Origin: Ascoidea asiatica JCM 7603
Taxonomy: Eukaryota; Fungi; Ascomycota
Length of the DNA stretch: 64,000 bases
NCBI GenBank assembly: GCA_001600695.1
Contig: BCKQ01000005.1
Span: 797,820-861,819, forward strand
Reading direction: 5' to 3'
Below the pieces are notes generated by a model. The model saw only the letters and a program-made list of their open reading frames with translations, ran no database searches and was not told the origin of the DNA. Positions within the stretch are counted from its first letter, which is position 1, and every line of letters starts with the position of its first letter. A program made the position numbers and the translations under genes. Below are positions 12,360 to 23,067 of the stretch, in pieces.

Positions 12360-12367
12360 CACGTGAT
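12360..12367. promoter_or_regulatory. Cbf1-type site (RTCACGTG) in the CBP3/PPCDC divergent promoter
   Basis: CACGTGAT, the reverse complement of ATCACGTG. Confidence 0.45.
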
Positions 12368-12656
12368 CAAGTAACGGATCAAGAACAACGGACCAAAAAC
12401 AGCGGTTCCATTACAAAGCAAAAAATGGTAAATCTTTGACAGAAAGAAGGAGAGTGAAGAAAAGAGAACAGAAGAGAAGAATGAATGAATGAATTGATAA
12501 ATAAATTGATCTGATTTGATTTGATAAATGGAAAGTGATATGTTTGAATACAGTCTTTATTATTTATTTATTTGAATAAGTGAATGAATAAATATATAAG
12601 AATTCAAGCTGTATAAAAGATCAGATGAATGTAAATAGATTCATATTTATTTCAAA

Positions 12657-13382
12657 ATGTTATCAACGATTTCGGATACAGTATCTGATTTACAGTTAAT
12701 AGTACCAGATGAGAATGAAAAAGAAAATAGATTTGAAAATAGATATGAAAATAGAAATGGAATAAAGAATGAAAATATGAATGAAATATTTAATTTTAAT
12801 GATGATAAATTACACCTTTTGTTATGTGCAACAGGATCAGTTGCATCTATAAAGATTCCATTAATTATTGAAAAATTATATTCATATTATAATAAAGATG
12901 GTAAAAAATTAAGTATACAATTAGTTTTAACAAAATCTTCAGAAATTTTTTTAAAAAATTTTAAAATTCCATCAGATATTAAAATTTGGAAAGAAGAAGA
13001 TAATTTGAATCAAATTAAAAATAGTAAAACAACATTATTAGAAATTCAATTAATTAAATGGGCAGATATTTGTTTAATTTCTCCAATATCTGCAAATACA
13101 TTATCAAAAATAAGTAATGGATTAAGTGATAATTTATTAACAACAGTTATAAGATCATGGAATAATAAAAAAAAATTATTTATTGCACCTGCAATGAATT
13201 CGTATATGTATACGCATCCAATTACAAAACTTCAATTAGATTTTATTAAAAATAATTTTAATTGGATCACTGTACTTTATCCAATTCAAAAGACTTTAAT
13301 TTGTGGTGATGTTGGAATAGGTGCCATGAGAGAATGGTCTGAAATAGTGGATATTATTATTGAAGAACTTAATACTTTATAG
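12657..13382 (+). CDS. HFCD flavoprotein; phosphopantothenoylcysteine decarboxylase subunit, Cab3-type
   Basis: LLCATGSVASIKIP, WAD--LISPISANTLSKISNGLSDNLLT, PAMN, LICGDVGIGAM. Catalytic Cys present; catalytic His position is Glu. Confidence 0.9.
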   Translation: MLSTISDTVSDLQLIVPDENEKENRFENRYENRNGIKNENMNEIFNFNDDKLHLLLCATGSVASIKIPLIIEKLYSYYNKDGKKLSIQLVLTKSSEIFLKNFKIPSDIKIWKEEDNLNQIKNSKTTLLEIQLIKWADICLISPISANTLSKISNGLSDNLLTTVIRSWNNKKKLFIAPAMNSYMYTHPITKLQLDFIKNNFNWITVLYPIQKTLICGDVGIGAMREWSEIVDIIIEELNTL

Positions 13383-13543
13383 TAACATTATATTTTTTTA
13401 TTTCAAACACTTCTTCTTCATCTATTGACTGATTGTAAAGACATTTGTAGTTTATTCAATTCAATTAAATCTTCTTTTTATTCGACTTCAAATTCCATAC
13501 AAAAAAAACGCGAAAATAAGAGATCAGCGGAATCAACTCTGCG

Positions 13544-13551
13544 CACGTGAC
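13544..13551. promoter_or_regulatory. Cbf1-type site GTCACGTG upstream of the small membrane protein gene
   Basis: CACGTGAC about 185 bp before the ATG at 13733; an ACGCGAAAA element lies near 13508. Confidence 0.45.
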
Positions 13552-13732
13552 TCTATCAATCAATCAATATTATTTCAGACAGAAATTGTCCATTTTCAAC
13601 TCATCTCAGAAAATTCACGAGAAGCGTCAGCAGAAGCGTCAGCAGAAGCAGCACTTTCTTCTTCTTCTTCTTCTTCTAGTTTTTCAGTGTGTGTGTGCTT
13701 ATTTTATTTTCTTCTTTTCTACTTTCTTCACA

Positions 13733-13990
13733 ATGTTCTCGTCTAATGCCTTGGATCAAAAGACTCAAGTCCAAGCTCAGGTTCATCAGACTGATGTCTA
13801 CGTCAATAGCTTAAACAATCCCAGAAACTTCAGATTGATCATCACTTTATCAAGTATATTTGCTGCTTTAATATTGGCATTAGTTATATTTACTGTGAAA
13901 GTTCAAGCTTCAATTCCAATAAATAAAAATAGAAAAGCTTGGAAGAAAATAATTAATAATTATGAAAAACCAGAAGGTGTACCTTCTTAA
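13733..13990 (+). CDS. Small single-pass membrane protein, 85 aa, unknown function
   Basis: ATG in cacaATG context after a pyrimidine-rich leader. One TM helix (LIITLSSIFAALILALVIFTV) followed by a basic tail. The track's GTG start at 13547 lies in the promoter. Confidence 0.7.
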   Translation: MFSSNALDQKTQVQAQVHQTDVYVNSLNNPRNFRLIITLSSIFAALILALVIFTVKVQASIPINKNRKAWKKIINNYEKPEGVPS

Positions 13991-14398
13991 GGAATCCATA
14001 TTAAGTATTTTTATTTTTTATCTTTTATTCTTCAATCACTATGTACTATATTCCTACTTATCAATCAATTTAGTTTTTATTCTTTTCTAATCTGCTTTTG
14101 AATGTTGACTGTAAAATTCGTATTTCAGTATTCTTCTGAATTAAAACCTGATATTAAAACCGGAATTTTTTAATAATTACTGTAAAATAATTGTAAATTT
14201 ACTAAAGTTTAAGCGCTCCAAAAAAATAAACTTAGATTTACTAACAGTTAACTACTAATCTTTTATCACCGAGTTAAAAAATTTTGACTAAATTTTTGAA
14301 TAATCTAATTGTTCGTCAAATGTATTCAATTACTCAATCAATCAATTAAATAATCAATTATTCAAATCAAGTCATTCAATAATTTTATTATTTTTATC

Positions 14399-16330
14399 AT
14401 GGTTGAAACTGATATTAATATTATTTCTAATACGATTATTGATAAAGCCATTGATATTGATACCGATACTGGTACTACTGATATTGATACAATTTCAAAA
14501 AAAAGAAAAATTGATTGTATTGAAAATACTGATACCAATGATAGTAATGATAACATCAAAAATAATGAAAAGAATGATAATAATGAAACTACTAATGATA
14601 TTGAGATTGATTCAATTGACTTAATCCCTTCAATCAATCAAAATACTCAATCTAATTTACCCAACTCAATTGCCACTCAAGAAATGAATACCACTTCTAC
14701 TACCACCACTAATAATGATGAATCAAATATACCTAATGATGATATCAATAATAAAGAAGAACATGAACATCCTGATATTCAAGAAGAAGAAAAACAAGAG
14801 GAGGAAGAAGAAGAAGATAACGATCCAGATAAAATTAGACAAATTTGTGTTCATTCTGGAAATTTTCATGCTGATGAAACACTTTCATATTTCTTATTAA
14901 AACAATTACCAAAATTTAAAAATGCAAAATTAATTAGATCAAGAGATCCAAGAATTTGGGAAGAATCTGATATTGTTGTTGATGTTAGTGGTAAATATGA
15001 TGGTAAAAAATATTTTGATCATCATCAAAGAGATTTTTATAAATCTTTTAGTAAATCTTTTAAAACAAAATTATCTTCTGCAGGTTTAATTTTTTTACAT
15101 TTTGGTAAAGATGTAATTAAAAATGTTTTAAAAGAATCAAATGAAAAAAAAATTGATTTATTATATAAAAAATTATATAGAGAATTTATTGAAGCTATTG
15201 ATGCAAATGATAATGGTATTAATGAATATGATAATCAAAATCAACTTAATCAAAGATATCATACAAAATCAATTACTTTACCTTCAATAATTTCAAATTT
15301 AAATCCAAGTTGGGATAAAAATCCAACTTATGATGATTTTTTTAATAAATTTTTAATTGCAAGTGAATTAATGGGTAATATTTTTTTAAATATTTTAAAT
15401 AATTATTATACTTTATTAAATGCAAAAGTTTTAGTTCAAAATGCTTTTGATAAAAGATTTGAAATTCATGAAAGTGGTAAAATTTTACTGTTTGATAAAT
15501 TTTGTCCATGGAAAGAACATCTTTATGAAGTTGAAAAAGAAAATAATTTAGATAGAACAAATAATATTCTTTATGTTTTATTTCCTGATGCTAATAATGA
15601 ATGGAGAGTTTCTGCTGTTCCTATTTACGGTGGTTCTTTCAAATGTAGAAAACCATTTCCTGAAGATTGGAGAGGTTTAAAAGATGATGAATTATCTGAA
15701 AAAATTAATATTAAAGGTTCTGTATTTGTTCATAACGGTGGCTTTATTGCTGGTGCTTTAACAAAAGAAGCAACTTTTGAAATGGCAAAATTAAGTCTTT
15801 CAATTGAAAGACCAAAAAGGGATCCAAATAAGATTAATTCTCAACATAATTATAATAATAATAATAAAAATTATAATAAAAATAAAAATAATTATAAAAA
15901 TGGAAAATATAAAAAAAGAAAAACTTCAAGACCAAATTCATCATCATCAAATTTTGATCATACAGAAGATCATACAGAAGATCAGGTTGATGAAAAAAAT
16001 TCTAAACAAGACACTTCTAAAAAAGAAAATAATAATTTGAAGGAGAATGAATTGAAACAAGAAAACCCCGATAATAAAACTATTGCCCCTACAGAAAACT
16101 CAGAGCCTAAAACTTCCTTATTTTCAAATTCCGATTTTTCTGTAAAAACAGAGTTGAATGGAAATAATCTCAGCCCTGAAAATTCTACAAGCAAGATATT
16201 TGAAAAAATACCTCCCGTAAAACCGAGCTTAAATGATCAGGAAAATCAAACTGATGTAAATAACAAGAAAGAAAATATAGAAAATGTTAAAAGTTTTGCT
16301 GAAGATATTGTAATGAATGAAGTGGCGTAG
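14399..16330 (+). CDS. MYG1: Myg1 family (DHH-like) 3'-5' RNA exonuclease with long low-complexity extensions
   Basis: HSGNFHADE, DIVVDVSG-YD, FDHHQR, TKLSSAGLI, IDANDNGI, PWKEHL, WRGLKD, FVHNGGFI. Confidence 0.93.
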   Translation: MVETDINIISNTIIDKAIDIDTDTGTTDIDTISKKRKIDCIENTDTNDSNDNIKNNEKNDNNETTNDIEIDSIDLIPSINQNTQSNLPNSIATQEMNTTSTTTTNNDESNIPNDDINNKEEHEHPDIQEEEKQEEEEEEDNDPDKIRQICVHSGNFHADETLSYFLLKQLPKFKNAKLIRSRDPRIWEESDIVVDVSGKYDGKKYFDHHQRDFYKSFSKSFKTKLSSAGLIFLHFGKDVIKNVLKESNEKKIDLLYKKLYREFIEAIDANDNGINEYDNQNQLNQRYHTKSITLPSIISNLNPSWDKNPTYDDFFNKFLIASELMGNIFLNILNNYYTLLNAKVLVQNAFDKRFEIHESGKILLFDKFCPWKEHLYEVEKENNLDRTNNILYVLFPDANNEWRVSAVPIYGGSFKCRKPFPEDWRGLKDDELSEKINIKGSVFVHNGGFIAGALTKEATFEMAKLSLSIERPKRDPNKINSQHNYNNNNKNYNKNKNNYKNGKYKKRKTSRPNSSSSNFDHTEDHTEDQVDEKNSKQDTSKKENNNLKENELKQENPDNKTIAPTENSEPKTSLFSNSDFSVKTELNGNNLSPENSTSKIFEKIPPVKPSLNDQENQTDVNNKKENIENVKSFAEDIVMNEVA

Positions 16331-16706
16331 ATTTTTTTTTTTTTACTTTAATTTTATATTCATTCAAAATATTATCTTCTAATTTGTTTATGTATACTCT
16401 TTCTAAAGGAAATTCTTATGAAATTATTGAAGAATTAAGAGCGAAAAAAAAAAAAGAAAAAATAATATATGTATTTTGGCATTATGAGGTTGACAAAATG
16501 ATAAAAAAAAAATCACATAAATGGAAAGTTATAAAGACTTAATTAAATGATTAAAAAATGACGATGTAAAAGATTTTAATTTAAAAACACAAGTAAACAT
16601 GGAAAACCAAAAAAAAGAGAAAAAAATTAAATAATAGAGCACAGGAAATTGAAACGAAGATAAAGTTAAAAAAAAACAATATAATAAAAGTTTCAAGTCG
16701 TAAAAA

Positions 16707-17378
16707 TCATGAAGCAGCCCAAAGAACAAGAGGCCTGGTGACTAGCTTTTTCTTATTTATTGTGAGTTTATTCAAAATACGTTTTCTTTGTGTAGGTGAA
16801 TTTATACCTTTTGCAATATCTTCAGCTGGAGGAGTTCCTTTAGCATCAGCCATTTTTTCTGTTTCATCTTTTTTTTCATCTTTTTTCTCTTTATCTTTCG
16901 GAGCAGGTTTTGGAGCTTGACTCTTTAAACATATTTTCATACCACCAGAAGCAACTTTTTCCCAATGTTGAGGAACAATAAATGCACCTGTATCTTCAAC
17001 ATATAACACTACTTTTCCAGCATCTAAATCTTTTTTAAATTCAGGATATGCCTCTTTGATCGATTGAGATAATCCGGGCCATGTTTTAACAGATGAAAAG
17101 GGAAATTGAAATATTGGTTTAGTAAGATCATCATAAATTCCAACTTTAATTGGTTTTGGAGGTGGTGGAGGAGGAGGTGGTGGTGCTGGCTTTTCTTCTT
17201 TTGAAGGTTCTGGTTTTGGTTCTGGTTTTGGTGGTTCTGGTTCTTCTTTTTTCTCTTCAGGCTTCTCTTCTTTTTTCTCCTCTTCTTCAGCAGCAGCAAC
17301 AACTGGAGGAGGCACTTCCCATGGAACCCATCCATTAGGATATCGTGAATAAGGAGGATAGAAATAAGGATTAAACAT
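16707..17378 (-). CDS. Pro/Glu/Lys-rich protein with a fungal ubiquitin-like domain
   Basis: ATG at 17378. KPIKVGIYD...FQFPFSSVKTWPGLSQSIKEAY...GAFIVPQHWEKVASGGMKICL resembles the recalled fungal ULD pattern PIKFKDA-GRKFSFPF-LC-TW-GME-LI-QAF...G-IILPQVWE-VI-PGW-ITM. Confidence 0.8.
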   Translation of the reverse strand: MFNPYFYPPYSRYPNGWVPWEVPPPVVAAAEEEEKKEEKPEEKKEEPEPPKPEPKPEPSKEEKPAPPPPPPPPPKPIKVGIYDDLTKPIFQFPFSSVKTWPGLSQSIKEAYPEFKKDLDAGKVVLYVEDTGAFIVPQHWEKVASGGMKICLKSQAPKPAPKDKEKKDEKKDETEKMADAKGTPPAEDIAKGINSPTQRKRILNKLTINKKKLVTRPLVLWAAS

Positions 17379-18597
17379 CAATTAAGGTGAGAATTTAAAT
17401 TCTTTAGTAGTAAATTTTTAATAAATATTGTAAACTGAGTGTATAGTTTTTGGTTAAAAAAAATATGCAAAAAAGAAGAAAAGAAAAGAAAAGAAAAGAG
17501 AAGAAAAAAAAAAAAAAATATTTATCTCATATTGCTCTTAGGTATTTATATTTTTTATTCTTTTGTAATATCCATTGAAGACTCTGATTCTAAGGTCTAA
17601 TGATCTCAAATTTTTCTTTAAACTTCTAATCTTCTAAACTTTCTCTGAAATTATTTTATAGAATTTAGATAAGGTGAATAAACGAATTGTTAAAGGCTTA
17701 ATAAAAGATGTGAATTGATTATTAAATTTCATTTTACTGTTAATTTCCATTGATTTCCTTTGATTTCTTTTATTTTCCTTTGATATTGTTGTGGTTATTA
17801 TCAGCTCTTTATTCAGTTTCAGCTGAGTCAATGTTTATAAACCCGGGTTTATTTTACGGCAAGCTTCACGCTTCAAGCTGCTGAATAATTATTTATCCTT
17901 ACCATTTTGCTTATGAGACAATAAAAAAAAGGTTCTTTTCGTTAATTTTTACTCTTCTTGATTTAAATGCTTTACAAAATAAAAATTTTTTTGATTCCAC
18001 TTAAATTTTCTTAAATGTATAAAGAAATGAAACAATCTGAAGAATGGAATCATCTGAACAGGTTATGGTTTTTTTACAGTACTATAGAAAACTTTAAAAA
18101 CTGCTCAAAATAATTTCATAGGAGGATCATAATTTTAATTATATAATTATAACATAAATATGAGATTCATGATACGAGTTTTGAGTCTGAAAATAGCATA
18201 ACAATCAAATTTAATAGTTTTTTTAGTACCCCCCTTAAAATATAGGTGACCTACTATGTAACCTTTGTGGTTCTGAAAGTTTAAAGCTAACTTTGTCTTT
18301 GAGTCAATTTATTTTATTCAGATAATTTATTTACAATTTTCACATTGATGATATTTAAGATATTATAAATTTATATATGTATTGGTATTTAGAATATTCC
18401 TCAGATTGAGAAAAAAAGGTAAGTTAAATAAATATATGCAGTATCTAGATTTAAAGGAAGAAAAGAAAGAAAAAAGGGCATAAATAAGTTAAGAAAGTAT
18501 AAAACAGAATCCATAAAACATGAAGCATAAAAAAAAAACAAGAGCAAAAAAAAAAAAGATTTTTCACAACAAAATAAGTAAAAAGGGTAAATTGAAT

Positions 18598-20931
18598 CTA
18601 ATATTCAGCTAATTTTATGAATTTATGAGTATTTGAGTCAACAGCAAATTGTTTTTTATTACTTAAATCAAGATTTTCAATATTTTCAACATCATGAGTT
18701 TTACTTTTGATTGAATCATCATTTTCAGCAGCTCCATCAAAATAACCATAACCTCCAAGAAGATAATTTTTTGCCATTTCTAATTCCTTATTATCAGTTG
18801 GAACTTCTTTTCCAATAAGTTTACCAACAGTTTCAAGACTATTACTTCTTGAACAAGAAACTCCCATTGCAACAGAATCTTGAAGATTCATATTTTCAAT
18901 TTTTAATGAATTTAAACTATTTAAAATACTTTCTTCTTCTTTACATTCTTTCCAAAGTCTTTCAACTTCAATAAAATATGAATTTAAGGTATCTAAAAAT
19001 CTTTGAGTTTGTCTATGTTTTGAACAACAACAAACTGTTAAAGAATCATCTTTAATAATATAAGCTAAACCAAAACCATTTGAAGATGTTGGACCAAAAC
19101 CAAATAATCTTAAAGATGGATTACCACAATTTGAAGTTGAAATTATTGAATCATTTAATTTTTCCCAACCTGCATCTGCAAAAATTTCTGGTAATTCTTT
19201 TGAAAAATTATTAATATTTGAAATATTATCATTTGCAGCAGTTTTTTCAGAATCTAAACTATCATTTCTTTCCATATTTTCACCACCTTCCACAATATAT
19301 CTTTTCCAAATACAATATAAAGCATATAAATGTCTATCTTGTCCTAAACCTTTTGAACTTTCTCTTGTTCTTGAACTATGTTTTTTACAAGCATCTTTTA
19401 ATTTATTAATTTTTTCAGTTGCAGTTGATTTTGATTGAAAAAAAGTTTTAACAAATAAATTTGATTCCATTGAAACTGTTCTTATAGCTTCAGTTCTACC
19501 ATGTAAAAACATTTTTGTCATTGCAGGTTCATAAGTACATTCAACTTTACCATATAAAGCATAATAAGTTGCTTGAAAACTCATTTGTAAAAAAGCATCT
19601 GGTGATATACCCATTTTTTTAATTATATTACTACCATAATGTTTAAATTCTAAAACACCAAATTCATTTTGTTGAATTAAATCTGCTAATCTTGTTTCTG
19701 CAAATCTTAAAGCTAAAGATAATTCAGAATCTAAATTCCAATCTAATTTTCTTGGAGTTATAGTATAATTTTGTAAAATATCTAATTTATTTTTTTTTTT
19801 TAAAACTGAAGGATTTGAATCATCTGGCCATAAAGATGGTGAATTTTTATTAATTGCTTTTGCAAAACCTAAGATTGAATCAGTATAAATATCAGAAACA
19901 AATCTTAAGACAGTATGACCATCAACACCAGTATGTTCAAAATTTATACCAGCTTTTGCATTTTTTGTTACAATAATTTGAATTTTATCATACCATCTAT
20001 TTGTACAAGTACCAACTTGTACACCATTTTGTAAATTTGATAAACCACATAACATATTTTTTGAAATTTCAGGTAATGAATTTAATTCAACATCATCAAG
20101 ACAAACAATAAATAAAGCAGAATCAATAATTTTTAAAATATTATGATTAATATCATTAAAATTACCTTTATCATCATAATCTTGAGATAATTTATTCCTA
20201 ATATTAGCCCAAATTTTTCTATTTTCAGTTGTTAAAACACCAAAACTTGATTTTGCAACATCAATAATTGAAGTTTTTAAACTATCATCAATAATTGCTT
20301 TAAAATTTAAATTAATTTCATTTTCAGATAATAATAAATCATTATTATTATCTAAAACATCAAACCAATAAAATTGAGATTTTGATAAAATTACAATATG
20401 ATTTGAAAAATTATCAGTTTGCATTATACAAGCATTTTTTGTTGGAATTCTCGCAGTACCAAATAATTTATTATATTGAAACATACAAAGTGGAACATTA
20501 TTTTTTAATTTATCAATTGGTAAAGTATTATTTCTAATTTGTTTAATAAATTTTAATGAAGAAGTTGTTAAAGAAGCAGCTCTTTTAATTTGATTTTTAT
20601 TATTTAAAGGAGTTGGATCATCTTCTAAAAGAAAAAAAGGATTTAAATTTAAAACTACTGGAGAATCATAATTTAAATAAGAATCATACCAAAATTGTTC
20701 AATATATGAAGGTCTATCCTTTGAATATTCTTTTAATTGAAACTGTAAATAATTTGATAATTTTGATTGAAAAAAATTATTTACAGCAATTACTGTTGAT
20801 TGATGTTCTTCTTTTGTTTGTAAAGGTTTCAAAACTTCAAGATAATTATCAAGAGTTTTTTTTAAATCTGGAATTGGTAATTTTTTCAAAGAATCTTGAT
20901 ATTGAAAAGTATTTTCAGTTACAACAGACAT
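18598..20931 (-). CDS. YAT1: Carnitine O-acetyltransferase, Yat1 type
   Basis: LKKLPIPDL, YLNYDSPVVLNLNPFFLLEDDPTP, CTNRWYDK, catalytic NFEHTGVDGH, TYEPAMTKMFLHGRTE, STSNCGNPSLRLFGFGP; no PTS1. Confidence 0.93.
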   Translation of the reverse strand: MSVVTENTFQYQDSLKKLPIPDLKKTLDNYLEVLKPLQTKEEHQSTVIAVNNFFQSKLSNYLQFQLKEYSKDRPSYIEQFWYDSYLNYDSPVVLNLNPFFLLEDDPTPLNNKNQIKRAASLTTSSLKFIKQIRNNTLPIDKLKNNVPLCMFQYNKLFGTARIPTKNACIMQTDNFSNHIVILSKSQFYWFDVLDNNNDLLLSENEINLNFKAIIDDSLKTSIIDVAKSSFGVLTTENRKIWANIRNKLSQDYDDKGNFNDINHNILKIIDSALFIVCLDDVELNSLPEISKNMLCGLSNLQNGVQVGTCTNRWYDKIQIIVTKNAKAGINFEHTGVDGHTVLRFVSDIYTDSILGFAKAINKNSPSLWPDDSNPSVLKKKNKLDILQNYTITPRKLDWNLDSELSLALRFAETRLADLIQQNEFGVLEFKHYGSNIIKKMGISPDAFLQMSFQATYYALYGKVECTYEPAMTKMFLHGRTEAIRTVSMESNLFVKTFFQSKSTATEKINKLKDACKKHSSRTRESSKGLGQDRHLYALYCIWKRYIVEGGENMERNDSLDSEKTAANDNISNINNFSKELPEIFADAGWEKLNDSIISTSNCGNPSLRLFGFGPTSSNGFGLAYIIKDDSLTVCCCSKHRQTQRFLDTLNSYFIEVERLWKECKEEESILNSLNSLKIENMNLQDSVAMGVSCSRSNSLETVGKLIGKEVPTDNKELEMAKNYLLGGYGYFDGAAENDDSIKSKTHDVENIENLDLSNKKQFAVDSNTHKFIKLAEY

Positions 20932-21419
20932 TTTTATTATTATTTAGGTTTAAATTGGATTTGAATAAGTTGATATAATTTGGATTAATAAATTTTATTT
21001 GAAACTTGAAATTATTTGATTGATTTGATTGTAACTATTATTAAATAATAAAAAAAGGATGAAAAAAGTAAAATAAAATAAGTAAATTAAGAAGATATTC
21101 ACAAATATTTATACATTTATTAGATCGAAATGAAATTTAACAAATTGAAATGAAATTGAATAAAAAGAAATTAAGAAAGTGAGGAAGTATATTACATTTA
21201 ATTTTACAGGTGAAAAACAAAACAAAAAAGAACTAAGTGAAAAATAAAAAAAAAACTAAGGAATATTGATAAGGAATAGAAATCTAAATTAAAAAAAAAA
21301 TATTTAAAAGAAAATATAAATTTAGTGCAAAATACAATGAAGATAAAAAAAATGACATTGATTAAAGGGAATAATTGTTACCGGGAAGACATATATATAT
21401 ACTCAGCAGAAAGCAATCA

Positions 21420-22350
21420 AACGTAATTTAGAAAAAAAAGAAGCAGGGTACTGTGTTTCCAAGGAGACATTTCACGTGAAAAGTCCATATAAGAGAGGGA
21501 TAATCTGGGGAAATAAAATAATAGGAGAGCCATCGCGGGACGAGTGGCAGTAAAGTGTGTGGGGGAGCATAGTTGCTGCAGTCCTGGTACGAGAGTCAAG
21601 TGTTTCTTTTCAAAAAATACTAGGATGTGGCGAGTGTTTCCAGTGAGCCGGAGAAAGCCACAACGCTGTTGGGCTGCTGTCACGCAGCGGAAAATGCGTT
21701 GCTGCCAAAGATTGCCAGTACTTGCCACAATTCTGCCACATAACATCCACAAGATTGCTAGAACACTGCTAACGGACTGCGGGTCAATTGCTTTGCGGGT
21801 CTCGTTTTGAATTATCCATTCACTCGCCACCTTTAAATAGCCACTCGACTTCCTTCAGATCGAGGACCAAGCAATCCTTCCAGCCAGCACCGTGACACTG
21901 ATGACACAAAACACTCAGAGCACTCAGAACACGCAGAAACTGCTGCTGCTGTTGCCATTCTCTGCTCGGATGTTTTCCACTCGAATTCCTCTTCCACCAC
22001 TCCAAGTTCTTTAGCCTATTGTGTTCCAGGAGCTTATTTTCTGTTTGTTTGTTTGCTTGCTCAACTCTTTCTTGCTTTCCTCGAGGTCACCTGCAAGTCA
22101 CCTGATCGCGGATATTGCCTTCTGACTCACCATCGGTGACTCAGCCCGCTCCCATCCTAGGCCTGCACTAGACCCAGTGCTGTGGTAGCAATGGCCCTGA
22201 AGATAACGTTGTCCCTTGCAGTTAGCGGTTTCACTTTTTTCACTTTTCCGCTTTTGGTTCTTCGTCCACGTTTGTCCACGTGTCTCCGCTCGTTGCTGCG
22301 TCGCGCTTCCTCTGGAGACCACCTCCACGGCTCTTCTTCCTCGACATTTC
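21420..22350. promoter_or_regulatory. GC-enriched divergent promoter island between YAT1 and the LYC1-like gene
   Basis: Visibly GC-richer than its flanks. Contains TCACGTGA (21472-21479), CSRE-like TCCAGTGAGCCG (21639-21650) and TCCATTCACTCG (21815-21826), GTCACCTG twice (about 22086-22104) and TGACTCA twice (22123-22129, 22137-22143). Confidence 0.6.
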
Positions 22351-23065
22351 CATATATTCACATCAACACAAAATATACAAAACATACAAAAACTGTATAA
22401 ATATAGCCAATTTTCACAATCTACGCTATCACATAACGTTAGTGGATTTTAATTCTTCTTTTTCTTCAAATTTCTTCAAATTTGTCAATTTCACTTCATG
22501 TTTCTTTTCAATCTTTCAATAAAAACCACAAAATAAATTGGTTGAAAACAATGTTCAATGTTCAATTTCATCATTATTACATAAATTTTATAAGGCTCTC
22601 ATATCTTATCATTTAATTCTTCTTCTTTTGCTTCAATTTTTATGTTTTTTTTGTCGGATTTTACTTCTTTTGGTGATTCTTCGTTTATAAATTAATAAAT
22701 TAATATTAAAAGTACTTTATATTCATATTAAATTTTCATTCTCTTATCATATTATATTTTTATAACCATTATTATTATTATTATAGTATATCACCTTATA
22801 TTATATTCAATTACATTATATCGCTTTATATTCTCCAATATTTTCGAGAAAAATATTATATTATATTATATTATATTATTATTTAATATTTCAATTAAAT
22901 GTAAAATTATCGAGAAAAAATTATTCATATATTCATTTATTCTTTTATTCATTTTTTCCATTCTTATAAATATATCCAATTTCCTCAAACTTTTCAATTC
23001 ACTCTTTTCATTTCTTTTCATTTCATCAAATAATTATATCATATATATCAAACTAAAATATTAAT

Positions 23066-23067
<2 letters not shown>

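Noticed and set aside
13544-13700. Point centromere (CDEI GTCACGTG)
   Set aside because: No highly AT-rich CDEII followed by a CDEIII CCGAA motif; the site is in an ordinary promoter.
13547-13732. N-terminal extension of the small membrane protein from a GTG start
   Set aside because: Eukaryotic locus. The GTG lies within a Cbf1-type site and the extension translates simple repeats of the leader.
21417-22522. Cluster of 60-137 aa ORFs on both strands
   Set aside because: They overlap one another in a GC-rich promoter where stops are rarer, mostly have non-ATG starts, and lack the genome's codon bias or any recognisable motif.
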